NCBI RefSeq assembly: GCF_002075285.3
Contig: NZ_CP021983.2
Coordinates: 1,290,001 to 1,322,000, forward strand
DNA length: 32,000 bases
Source of the DNA: Halomicronema hongdechloris C2206
GTDB lineage: Bacteria > Cyanobacteriota > Cyanobacteriia > Phormidesmidales > Phormidesmidaceae
Reading direction: 5' to 3'
Shown piece by piece: positions 18,801 to 24,660 of this stretch (positions are counted from its first letter, which is position 1; every line of letters starts with the position of its first letter). The position numbers were made by a program, and so were the translations under genes. Under the pieces are notes generated by a model. The model made no database searches, had not been told where the DNA came from, and saw nothing but the letters and a program-made list of their open reading frames with translations.

Positions 18801-20637
18801 CACTGCCACCCCCCTCGTAGTGATACACCACCATCCCCTGTACAGCCGCCAGATTATCCCGCAGCGAGCGGCGCTGTAGCACTTCATGGGGACCACCCCG
18901 GTCAGCACCTGTCAATCCCAAGGTTAGGTCAGGAGGATAGAGTGAATCAGGCTGAGAAATAGGGTTATTGTTAGGATTAGAACTTGGATCCGTTATATTC
19001 GGATCTGAAGTGGTATCTAGAGGGCTGGCATTCCAACCATATGTATTCCCCAGCTCTAGTCGCTCGCCCACGATCAGGCGTAAGCCCCTATTAATAGCTT
19101 GCCGTTCCCAAAAACCATCTAGACCTTCGTTTTCATCGGTTAATTCACCTACAGCTGTGATGGGATCGCCAACCTGCTTATTATCTGCCTCAAGGCCATG
19201 CTCTTCGTTGTATTTAGGCTTGGGTCCCCAGCGATCATCGGCGCGGTAGAAGTCATCGACGAAGGGTCTGATCACGTTGTCGTTTAGAATGCGACCTTGC
19301 TGGGAGGCATCTGAATTAGGCCAGTTTGGATCGCGGTCCCAAGTGCTGGGATCAATGTGCTCGTGAATGCCTTTGGTTAATAACGTCAGAGGGTTAGTAG
19401 CAATATCTGATAGCTTGGCGCCAGCATCAGTCGTCACAGAGTCATCCCCATTTCCCATGTCCCAGCCGGTTCTAGGGGGAGTATTATCGTCTGTTTGATA
19501 CAGGTGAAAATCTGCACTACTACCAGAAAAGTCGTCCTGGGTAACGGCTCCTTTCACCACTTGCCCCTGAAAGCCACCAGAATCAGGGTCAGGATTATTC
19601 TCATCCTGAGATAAGGTGATTTCTGATGACTCCTGGCTATACAAACAGGAGTTATGAGAGCTGACCATATGAGCATTTAATCCTCCCCGGACGAACAGAT
19701 TACCGTCCGTATGCATTGCTCCGTTCCAGTTAAAGTCAGGACCGGGGAAGATCTCTAGATCGTAGTTAAACCAGGCTCCCCATTTATTTGCCCTCTCCGC
19801 CTCCCGAGCCTGTTGAAACTCTAGGGTCTCCAGGGTGCGATTGACGTCGTTGCTATTGATGGCGAAGGCATTCACCTGAAAGTTTTTCTGCAGGGTAGAG
19901 TTATTGGCAGCATCCACTACCTGCCAACCCCCTTCAGAAATAGCCCCTTGGCAGAGCTCGGTGGCTTCAGTGGTGGCCAGGGGGCCGGTGCGGGTCACTA
20001 GAGCCTGGGCCTTATTTTGGCTGGGAGGCTCTTGTAGGGTAACGTCAGCTTCTTCGTAGGGACCGGCATCATCCACCAAAATGGAATAGATAACGACTTC
20101 GTCGCTAGCAACGGTGCCATCGCCATTGATATCAGACTTAAATACCCAGGCGTTATCTAGCCCTTCATCGTCGGGGTGATTCGGGTTGAGATTAATCCGG
20201 GTTTCATCTGGCAATGTGTAGGGATCACCAATGGCTGATACCCGGCCAGTGTACATTCCAGCCGGGTCCAGCATCATATCAGCCAAGATATCGCTGGCGG
20301 GAAGACCAGACGGGAAGCGGGGATCTTTATTGAAGAGAAACTCGATCTTGGCTTTGGCCCGGTCAATGGCGGGGGTGGCGGCGTTGACAATAACTTTTTG
20401 CTCTCGCTGGGCGATGATCTGCCCACTGCGGCCCAGGGATCGAAAGGTTAGTGCCCCGGCAGTGAGAACGATCAAAAGCAGTAATAGCGTGGTTGTCGGC
20501 AGCACGAAGCCAGAGCGGGCCAGGCGGGAGGGTTGGCTAACCAGCCAGAACAGCCGCAGCAGGCGGGTCATAAACCGCTTTAGCAGGGTCTGGGGCAGTT
20601 GCCAAAACCGACGAAGGTGACGACGAAAAGATGCCAT
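15853..20637 (-). CDS. hpsA: giant secreted/cell-surface protein, HpsA-like (hormogonium polysaccharide secretion system component)
   Basis: Uninterrupted 1594-aa ORF. It has a basic N terminus followed by GFVLPTTTLLLLLIVLTAGAL (a pilin-like hydrophobic helix). The sequence is D/N/G/T/P-rich and acidic. It is followed by three pseudopilin genes, as in hps loci. Confidence 0.6.
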   Translation of the reverse strand: MASFRRHLRRFWQLPQTLLKRFMTRLLRLFWLVSQPSRLARSGFVLPTTTLLLLLIVLTAGALTFRSLGRSGQIIAQREQKVIVNAATPAIDRAKAKIEFLFNKDPRFPSGLPASDILADMMLDPAGMYTGRVSAIGDPYTLPDETRINLNPNHPDDEGLDNAWVFKSDINGDGTVASDEVVIYSILVDDAGPYEEADVTLQEPPSQNKAQALVTRTGPLATTEATELCQGAISEGGWQVVDAANNSTLQKNFQVNAFAINSNDVNRTLETLEFQQAREAERANKWGAWFNYDLEIFPGPDFNWNGAMHTDGNLFVRGGLNAHMVSSHNSCLYSQESSEITLSQDENNPDPDSGGFQGQVVKGAVTQDDFSGSSADFHLYQTDDNTPPRTGWDMGNGDDSVTTDAGAKLSDIATNPLTLLTKGIHEHIDPSTWDRDPNWPNSDASQQGRILNDNVIRPFVDDFYRADDRWGPKPKYNEEHGLEADNKQVGDPITAVGELTDENEGLDGFWERQAINRGLRLIVGERLELGNTYGWNASPLDTTSDPNITDPSSNPNNNPISQPDSLYPPDLTLGLTGADRGGPHEVLQRRSLRDNLAAVQGMVVYHYEGGGSASDGEFPAACVALTAHPGTMESIINSRTFDYLTLNTTTADDIKVDFLKGHGTNGWEFAYPSTFATASNFGTQYDLATSPLKKALKNLAYFAGDPHGGAPSFGPFQDDFVHPFPYLAMWGDFSPLRQIVESGTGYGSLSFADQATLHSSACTLGLLAYNLDSLNTEFDDITDAQWSDAASGIAKTLLDLVDNGVPLADVDTTPPDVWIEEAEAAGAPAAEIARMKVAADYWQVLRDRTFGFATGAGLEAAATPPTPLFGIYDQANGTFELDAVGTTYGDDPPISYNLSCDPNSFSDFGITDPEEALTLALALCPKTNVPKYPSLYYLFPRASHDQSASADSTELTALGIADTAQPTGEEYIDATAVDPGLIPPYLISSVLVNDGFTYQVVDDGADEPDNLSDLALVARVPGGTPTWQLPFTADSSADLDTSAGNQPDDRPFAINNPAGGILNIPFLDKGIYDGREQLAIRVLDIDLSRLANETNGSGDYWLAADRENGGEGIIYAFREDAVREDEIVRPKHTDAGWGPSATTDCSVLANLKTDNDCRMTVEPGGTIQDPPLSDRLVSPKPVDYYPDPMRRNHGFRFKDGADISGDLDRDPGMTFVTDNSVYIQGNFNLHSDDGVTPNLEEFVDGQTLNDGDVAYGDPFYTARTDLNTDTFATLDDDHWRPVEILSDSFTILSDNFQDGAVDDTFLEITPANYGAGESSYQNQNRPYFETDPSDPGSIFNRERWVQEGEWLYEEDVDPNTNDPDDPAAPVWIDRNGGYYINRYDDDSPPTADPWPNFELDNKDPFGVGNFIEFGFDSDDEKRHKRNLIRAGETFVNSLFISGIIPSQGGQNNGGFHNFPRFLELWNTGTTKSDETFNNAIDLFIAGSFFQFDFSTGSTGLFDQDAWERTQSADINENNIYFYSPPGRRWGFDVGLLYQPPAPAARRFVTIESPRSEYYRELPANDPYIENLLCATDDGGTRVFNASDFPNVTCP

Positions 20638-21012
20638 GTTAAATCGAATCGCCCAAACGACAATGACTGAGGCTCGCGTAGATTGGGGCTGTGTCCTGTA
20701 GGCGGCCGACCCAAGAGGGCTAACTGAGCCAGGCCGAAAGGCTTAGTGGAGAGGGTTGTCGCTCTCTAAGAAGCCTTCAAAACTATAAATCATCAACCAA
20801 GGCTATAGGCTACCCACTTCTACTCAAAAACCGATCAGGGACGCTTAAATCTTTTTGGTGCTATCAATCGGTCTGCAGATACACGTATCTATCTCTGATG
20901 GTTGGGAACCTATGCCGCCAGTCTAGCTCATGTTCATGAAGCTGCCATGATCTGATACGCTCTGTCATTACTTATGGGATTGCTCTACTTATTTGAAGCA
21001 GACAGGGAATGG

Positions 21013-21062
21013 CTCAGCTCCCCTGCTCCCTTGGTGGAAGTAGGGGTCGGGGGAAGAGGGGG
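21013..21062 (+). repeat. leader-like repeat CTCAGCTCCCCTGCTCCCTTGGTGG...GGGGGAAGAGGGGG (paralog at 22434-22476)
   Basis: By-eye alignment with 22434-22476 (CAGCTTAGCTCCCTTGCTCCCTTCTGTGGCGGGGGAAGACGGG). In both places it sits just left of a GGTGGCGCTGTGCTTG segment of the main repeat family. Confidence 0.6.
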
Positions 21063-21116
21063 ATCCATGGCGAAGAGTCATGCATCGGAAATCTACCGGA
21101 TAGCGTAAATCTCCAC

Positions 21117-21153
21117 CTGGCTTCCGGGTGGCGCTGTGCTTGCCCGGAATGAC
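21117..21153 (+). repeat. structured repeat family, copy A (right half only: CTGGCTTCCGGGTGGCGCTGTGCTTGCCCGGAATGAC)
   Basis: Matches the second hairpin of the full units. It is followed by a 48-nt connector, then copy B. Confidence 0.85.
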
Positions 21154-21201
21154 AAGACTCTCCTTCGCAGTAGGTTAGCTACCTGAGAAAACTACACTCT
21201 C

Positions 21202-21324
21202 GTCATTCCCGCGCCTCGCGGAGCGTGCCCAGAGGGCATAGCGGGAATCCAGGGAATAAATCTCAGCCTCGGCTCAGAGCCCTCTGCCTGGATTCCGGGT
21301 CGCGCTGCGCTTGCCCGGAATGAC
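21202..21324 (+). repeat. structured repeat family, copy B (123 bp, full)
   Basis: Runs from GTCATTCCCGCG to GCCCGGAATGAC and contains both hairpins. It is about 85-90 percent identical by eye to copy C. Confidence 0.9.
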
Positions 21325-21372
21325 GGTGATACTTGCCAACGATAATTCCGCTGCCATACGTATCACACTCCC

Positions 21373-21495
21373 GTCATTCCCGCGGCTCACGGAGTGTGCC
21401 CGGAGGGCGTGGCGGGAATCCAGAGAATCAACCTCAGCGACGACTCAAAGGCCTCTATCTGGATTCCGGGTCGCGCTACGCTTGCCCGGAATGAC
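21373..21495 (+). repeat. structured repeat family, copy C (123 bp, full)
   Basis: Sequence: GTCATTCCCGCGGCTCACGGAGTGTGCCCGGAGGGCGTGGCGGGAATCCAG-35 nt-CTGGATTCCGGGTCGCGCTACGCTTGCCCGGAATGAC. It starts exactly 171 bp after copy B. Confidence 0.9.
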
Positions 21496-21543
21496 GACTA
21501 GCCTGATCGCGATGATGTTGAGGCCCGAAGAAAACACACCCCT

Positions 21544-21642
21544 GTCATTCCCGCGGCGGCGGGAATCCAGAGCGTTAACCTCAGCGACGACTCAAAGGCC
21601 TCTGCCTGGATTCCGGGTGGCGCTGCGCTTGCCCGGAATGAC
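21544..21642 (+). repeat. structured repeat family, copy D (99 bp, short hairpin-1 form)
   Basis: The first hairpin is reduced to ATTCCCGC-GGCG-GCGGGAAT. The rest is collinear with copy C. It starts exactly 171 bp after copy C. Confidence 0.9.
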
Positions 21643-21700
21643 GAGTTTCTTTCGCAGTAGGTTGCCTGAAGACCAGCAATGGAGAAATCATCCTGGAATC

Positions 21701-21728
21701 TATCACTGCCATAATGCAGATATGGTAG
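21701..21728 (+). promoter_or_regulatory. conserved 28-nt motif TATCACTGCCATAATGCAGATATGGTAG with extended -10-like TGcCATAAT, 24 nt upstream of the DUF433 ATG
   Basis: 26/28 identical to 22716-22743, which lies upstream of the MNT gene. TG (21707-21708), one nt, then CATAAT (21710-21715) fits the TGnTATAAT extended -10 pattern. The promoter function is inferred only. Confidence 0.4.
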
Positions 21729-21751
21729 AGACCGTGACCTGAGAGGTTAGG

Positions 21752-22033
21752 ATGATTCAAACAACGGAATATATTTATGTTGTTCAGGATGATGAGATCC
21801 TCCACGGAGAGCCTATTATCCAGGGAACTCGTACACCTGTTAGGGCAATTGTTGAAACCTGGCGCATGGGTATTATCCCCGAGGAAATCCCCAAAGGACT
21901 GCCACACCTAACCTTAAGTCAGGTCTTTGGAGCCTTAACTTACTACAGCGACCATCAAGATGAAATTAATCAATTTATTGAAAAAAATCGCATTCCTGGC
22001 GAATTAATTGATCCATTAGTTAGGGATGTGTGA
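21752..22033 (+). CDS. DUF433-domain protein (putative antitoxin)
   Basis: 93-aa ORF with the DUF433 signature ILHGEPIIQGTRTPVRAIV. Its stop overlaps the GTG start of the next gene (GTGA). Confidence 0.8.
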   Translation: MIQTTEYIYVVQDDEILHGEPIIQGTRTPVRAIVETWRMGIIPEEIPKGLPHLTLSQVFGALTYYSDHQDEINQFIEKNRIPGELIDPLVRDV

Positions 22034-22377
22034 GCAGCATATTTGTCTGTCTGTATTTAGATGAAGATGTCAACGTATTGGTGGCCGACTTGCTACAAGC
22101 AAGGGGATTTGACGTCATTACTGTACGAGATGCGGAACAACTTCATGCAACCGATGCAGAGCAACTTGCCTATGCTGTGAGTCAAGGCAGGACTCTGGTT
22201 ACTCACAATAGAACTGACTTCGAAGAACTTGTGCAGAGTTACTTTGATTCAGGTCGTATGCACTATGGAGTTATTTTTGCTGTGCGTCGTTCTCCTCAAG
22301 AGATTGCACAAAGGTTGCTCATTATTCTCAATCAAGTCACCTCAGATGAAATGCAAAATCAGGTTCGGTATATTTAG
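22030..22377 (+). CDS. DUF5615-family PIN-like protein (putative toxin partner of DUF433)
   Basis: 115-aa ORF with LYLDEDV...L...GFDV..V and L.THN..DF, the pattern of DUF5615/Mut7-C-like small nucleases. It is translationally coupled to the DUF433 gene. Confidence 0.75.
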   Translation: MSSIFVCLYLDEDVNVLVADLLQARGFDVITVRDAEQLHATDAEQLAYAVSQGRTLVTHNRTDFEELVQSYFDSGRMHYGVIFAVRRSPQEIAQRLLIILNQVTSDEMQNQVRYI

Positions 22378-22433
22378 GCACGATTACTCCTACTCCTCCG
22401 CCAACAAATTTCACAACCAGCAGATTTTGGCCG

Positions 22434-22500
22434 CAGCTTAGCTCCCTTGCTCCCTTCTGTGGCGGGGGAAGACGGGCATCACGAGGTGGCGCTGTGCTTG
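22434..22500 (+). repeat. second copy of the leader-like repeat (22434-22476) plus a 16-nt fragment GGTGGCGCTGTGCTTG (22485-22500) of the main repeat family
   Basis: By-eye alignment to 21013-21062 and to 21127-21142 of copy A. Confidence 0.6.
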
Positions 22501-22580
22501 AGTTCCCCTCCATCCTCTAGCTCCTTCCTCCCACAAGGGGCGGAAGGAGAACAGCACTCTGCTGAGCAGACAATACTCCC

Positions 22581-22679
22581 GTCATTCCCGCGACGGCGGG
22601 AATCCAGAGAATCAACCTCGGCAGAGACACAGAGACCTCTATCTGGCTTCCGAGTCGCGCTGCCCTTGCCCGGAATGAC
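22581..22679 (+). repeat. structured repeat family, copy E (99 bp, short hairpin-1 form)
   Basis: GTCATTCCCGCGACGGCGGGAATCCAG...CTGGCTTCCGAGTCGCGCTGCCCTTGCCCGGAATGAC. Same length as copy D. Confidence 0.9.
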
Positions 22680-22715
22680 GGTCATGCTTTCCAATGATAA
22701 TTCAGCTGTCATACG

Positions 22716-22743
22716 TATCACTGCCATAATGCAAGTATGGTAG
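22716..22743 (+). promoter_or_regulatory. second copy of the 28-nt motif (TATCACTGCCATAATGCAAGTATGGTAG), 60 nt upstream of the MNT ATG
   Basis: 26/28 identical to 21701-21728. TG at 22722-22723 and CATAAT at 22725-22730. Confidence 0.4.
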
Positions 22744-22802
22744 TAAACATAATCTGGGATTGTTCAACCCGCCCCAGGTCACGCTTCAACGGCAGAATTA
22801 CC

Positions 22803-23144
22803 ATGCCCACCCCTAACTCTCCAGCTATTGATCAAACCCTGCTGACGAACATTGTCCAGCGGTTACGCTCAGCTGGCGCACCACTGAAGGTAGTATTATT
22901 CGGCTCTCAAGCCAGGGGAGACACCCACATCGAAAGCGATTTGGACTTGCTGGTTGTAGAAGAATCGGAACTGCCTCGCCATCAGCGATCACCCCGTTAT
23001 TACAAAGCCCTCGCAGGCATTTTCCCAAGTAAAGATATTACTGTATGGACACCGGCTGAAATTCAAGCATGGTCAGCCGTGCCGAACGCTTTCGTGACGA
23101 CTGCATTACGAGAAGGCAAAATTTTATATGAAAAACCAGCATGA
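22803..23144 (+). CDS. minimal nucleotidyltransferase (MNT-type antitoxin)
   Basis: The track ORF starts at 22737 inside the repeat-derived motif. The in-frame ATG at 22803 gives 113 aa with the GSxxxG...DxD nucleotidyltransferase signature (VVLFGSQARGDTHIESDLDLLVV). Confidence 0.8.
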   Translation: MPTPNSPAIDQTLLTNIVQRLRSAGAPLKVVLFGSQARGDTHIESDLDLLVVEESELPRHQRSPRYYKALAGIFPSKDITVWTPAEIQAWSAVPNAFVTTALREGKILYEKPA

Positions 23145-23250
23145 TTTAGCCGCAGGCTGGTTTCGCAAAGTTCAAGCAATTAGTCTGGCACCACAGATTC
23201 GCACTGCCGTGTTGTCTGTGGTCACACCACAGGAGAGTTCAAATGGATAA
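23128..23250 (+). pseudogene. possible truncated HEPN toxin gene (40 codons)
   Basis: Hand translation from the ATG at 23128 (overlapping the MNT 3' end): MKNQHDLAAGWFRKVQAISLAPQIRTAVLSVVTPQESSNG*. The start (A.GWF.K) resembles HEPN N termini. The ORF stops after 40 aa instead of about 120-130, and no Rx4-6H motif is present. Confidence 0.3.
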
Positions 23251-23310
23251 TGCTCCGGAGCACTCTTTGTGAATGCCAATGACTCTATTTAAGGGGATGA
23301 AGTGAACCCT

Positions 23311-23345
23311 TGGATTCCGGGTCGCGCTACGTTTGTCCGGAATCA
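23311..23345 (+). repeat. structured repeat family, copy F (degenerate right half: TGGATTCCGGGTCGCGCTACGTTTGTCCGGAATCA)
   Basis: Collinear with the second hairpin of copy C, with several substitutions in the terminal arm. Confidence 0.75.
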
Positions 23346-23720
23346 TGGGACTCTCTCTCGCGATCATCTTCGATGATTAGGCTCACTCCGTATACGAGCC
23401 GCAGGAAATCATTATCGGTCAACAAAGTGCTGAGAGCATTGATCAATTCTATGTCACAGTCGACAAGCGACGAGACAGCCTAAATCGGGATACAGCGTTT
23501 TTAACACTAGTGAGGTACACGGATGACCGTAAAACCTTTGATACTAGGAGATAGGCTGTACCTCACCCAGTAAGGAAATGCTGTAGGGAGGATTCTCGCG
23601 AATTGCCCCTCCCACACCCCCTGCTTCCTTAGAGCTAATTTGCAAAGAAAATCTTAAAGAGCTGTCAAGACAAAGGCTTTCAAGGTTTACAGCAATCTTG
23701 AGGGAGTGTTCGTGGTGTTC

Positions 23721-24173
23721 CTAAACTTTAGTGATGACTTCCTGGGGATGCACAACCGCAACACCCGACATACCTGTAAAATCGTCCGGATTTAAGGTGA
23801 GAATGTGGCTAATATCGCAGGTTGTCATTACAGCTACGATACGTGCATCGTGAGTCCGTTTACCTTTTATTTGATTCTTAGTGACTACAGCCAACCAAGT
23901 TGAAAAAATCTGCGGTCTTTCCTCAGCAACCGGGAAACGTTCGAGCAGTTGAGCAATGATGTTATGCGTTTGCTCAACTGACCACCCTAAACCATTCACA
24001 TCAACTGGACGCGTGGCAACGACCCAAAGCTCAATTAAGACTTGCGCTGTTAGGTAGCACTCATCTGCATGCATTAGCAGAGTTGCGACTGCCTCAGTGA
24101 CTAAACGATGCTGTTCATCCGACGGGTTACTAAACCGCAAGACAATATTGGTATCTAGCAAGTACTTGGTCAT
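23721..24173 (-). CDS. vapC: PIN-domain ribonuclease toxin (VapC-like)
   Basis: 150-aa ORF beginning MTKYLLDTNIVL (first PIN acidic residue), with downstream conserved E and D (THDARIVA). Its start overlaps the upstream small gene by 1 nt. Confidence 0.8.
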   Translation of the reverse strand: MTKYLLDTNIVLRFSNPSDEQHRLVTEAVATLLMHADECYLTAQVLIELWVVATRPVDVNGLGWSVEQTHNIIAQLLERFPVAEERPQIFSTWLAVVTKNQIKGKRTHDARIVAVMTTCDISHILTLNPDDFTGMSGVAVVHPQEVITKV

Positions 24174-24442
24174 TACTCATAGATATTGCTACGGTCAAAC
24201 GCCTCATCTGGAAGGCTTAGGCGGGTCTCAGGAAGTTGTGCAATCCATGACCGAAAATCTTCAGCTCGCTCAGCAGGGGTCGCACGTTGCCAAAACGGAA
24301 TATTCCCAGCTAATTTATGAGCTTGACGCTTGATCACGGTCACAAAGTCAGCAATTTTTCTGAGTTGACTCTCGCTAAGCTGATCAATTTCTTGCTTCAG
24401 GGTTTCCCGCAACATAGCTTGTACCTGATTGAGCCTAGACAC
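24173..24442 (-). CDS. putative antitoxin of the VapC-like toxin
   Basis: 89-aa ORF immediately upstream of, and overlapping, the PIN gene. The C-terminal LSLPDEAFDRSNIYE tail resembles cyanobacterial VapB-type partners. The call is made mainly from position. Confidence 0.6.
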   Translation of the reverse strand: MSRLNQVQAMLRETLKQEIDQLSESQLRKIADFVTVIKRQAHKLAGNIPFWQRATPAERAEDFRSWIAQLPETRLSLPDEAFDRSNIYE

Positions 24443-24472
24443 CTAAATTGATCATACATGTATCACACTCCC

Positions 24473-24619
24473 GTTATTCCCGCGTTTCGCGCTCCCGTAG
24501 CGTATACATTGCACTCAGCGTGCCCGAAGGGCGTAGCGGCAATCCAGAGCGTCAACCCTGGCCAGGAAACCAAGCCCTCTGCCTGGATTCCGGGTGGCGC
24601 TGTGCTTGCCCGGAATGAC
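24473..24619 (+). repeat. structured repeat family, copy G (147 bp, long hairpin-1 form)
   Basis: GTTATTCCCGCG...GCGGCAATCCAG-35 nt-CTGGATTCCGGGTGGCGCTGTGCTTGCCCGGAATGAC. The hairpin-1 loop is 24 nt longer than in copies B and C. Confidence 0.9.
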
Positions 24620-24660
24620 AGCCATCTTTATCGCGGTGATGTTGAGTCGGTACCTTATCC

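Noticed and set aside
15853-20637. Numerous 60-130-aa ORFs inside and antisense to the hpsA-like gene (e.g. 16440-16745, 17059-17334, 18968-19249, 20231-20620)
   Set aside because: All are nested within an uninterrupted 1594-codon frame and have low-complexity or biased composition typical of shadow ORFs.
21117-21642. CRISPR array interpretation of the 171-bp periodic block
   Set aside because: The repeats are 99-147 bp, far longer than CRISPR repeats (about 23-47 bp). The 48-nt connectors are themselves reused elsewhere rather than being unique spacers. No cas genes or leader are present.
21311-21742. 143-aa plus-strand ORF, with similar ORFs at 22447-22743 and 24458-24868, containing SFPRRRESR...GFRVALRLPGMT peptides
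   Set aside because: These frames simply read through the structured repeats and their connectors. The peptide repeats mirror the DNA repeats. The ORFs begin and end at arbitrary points relative to the units.
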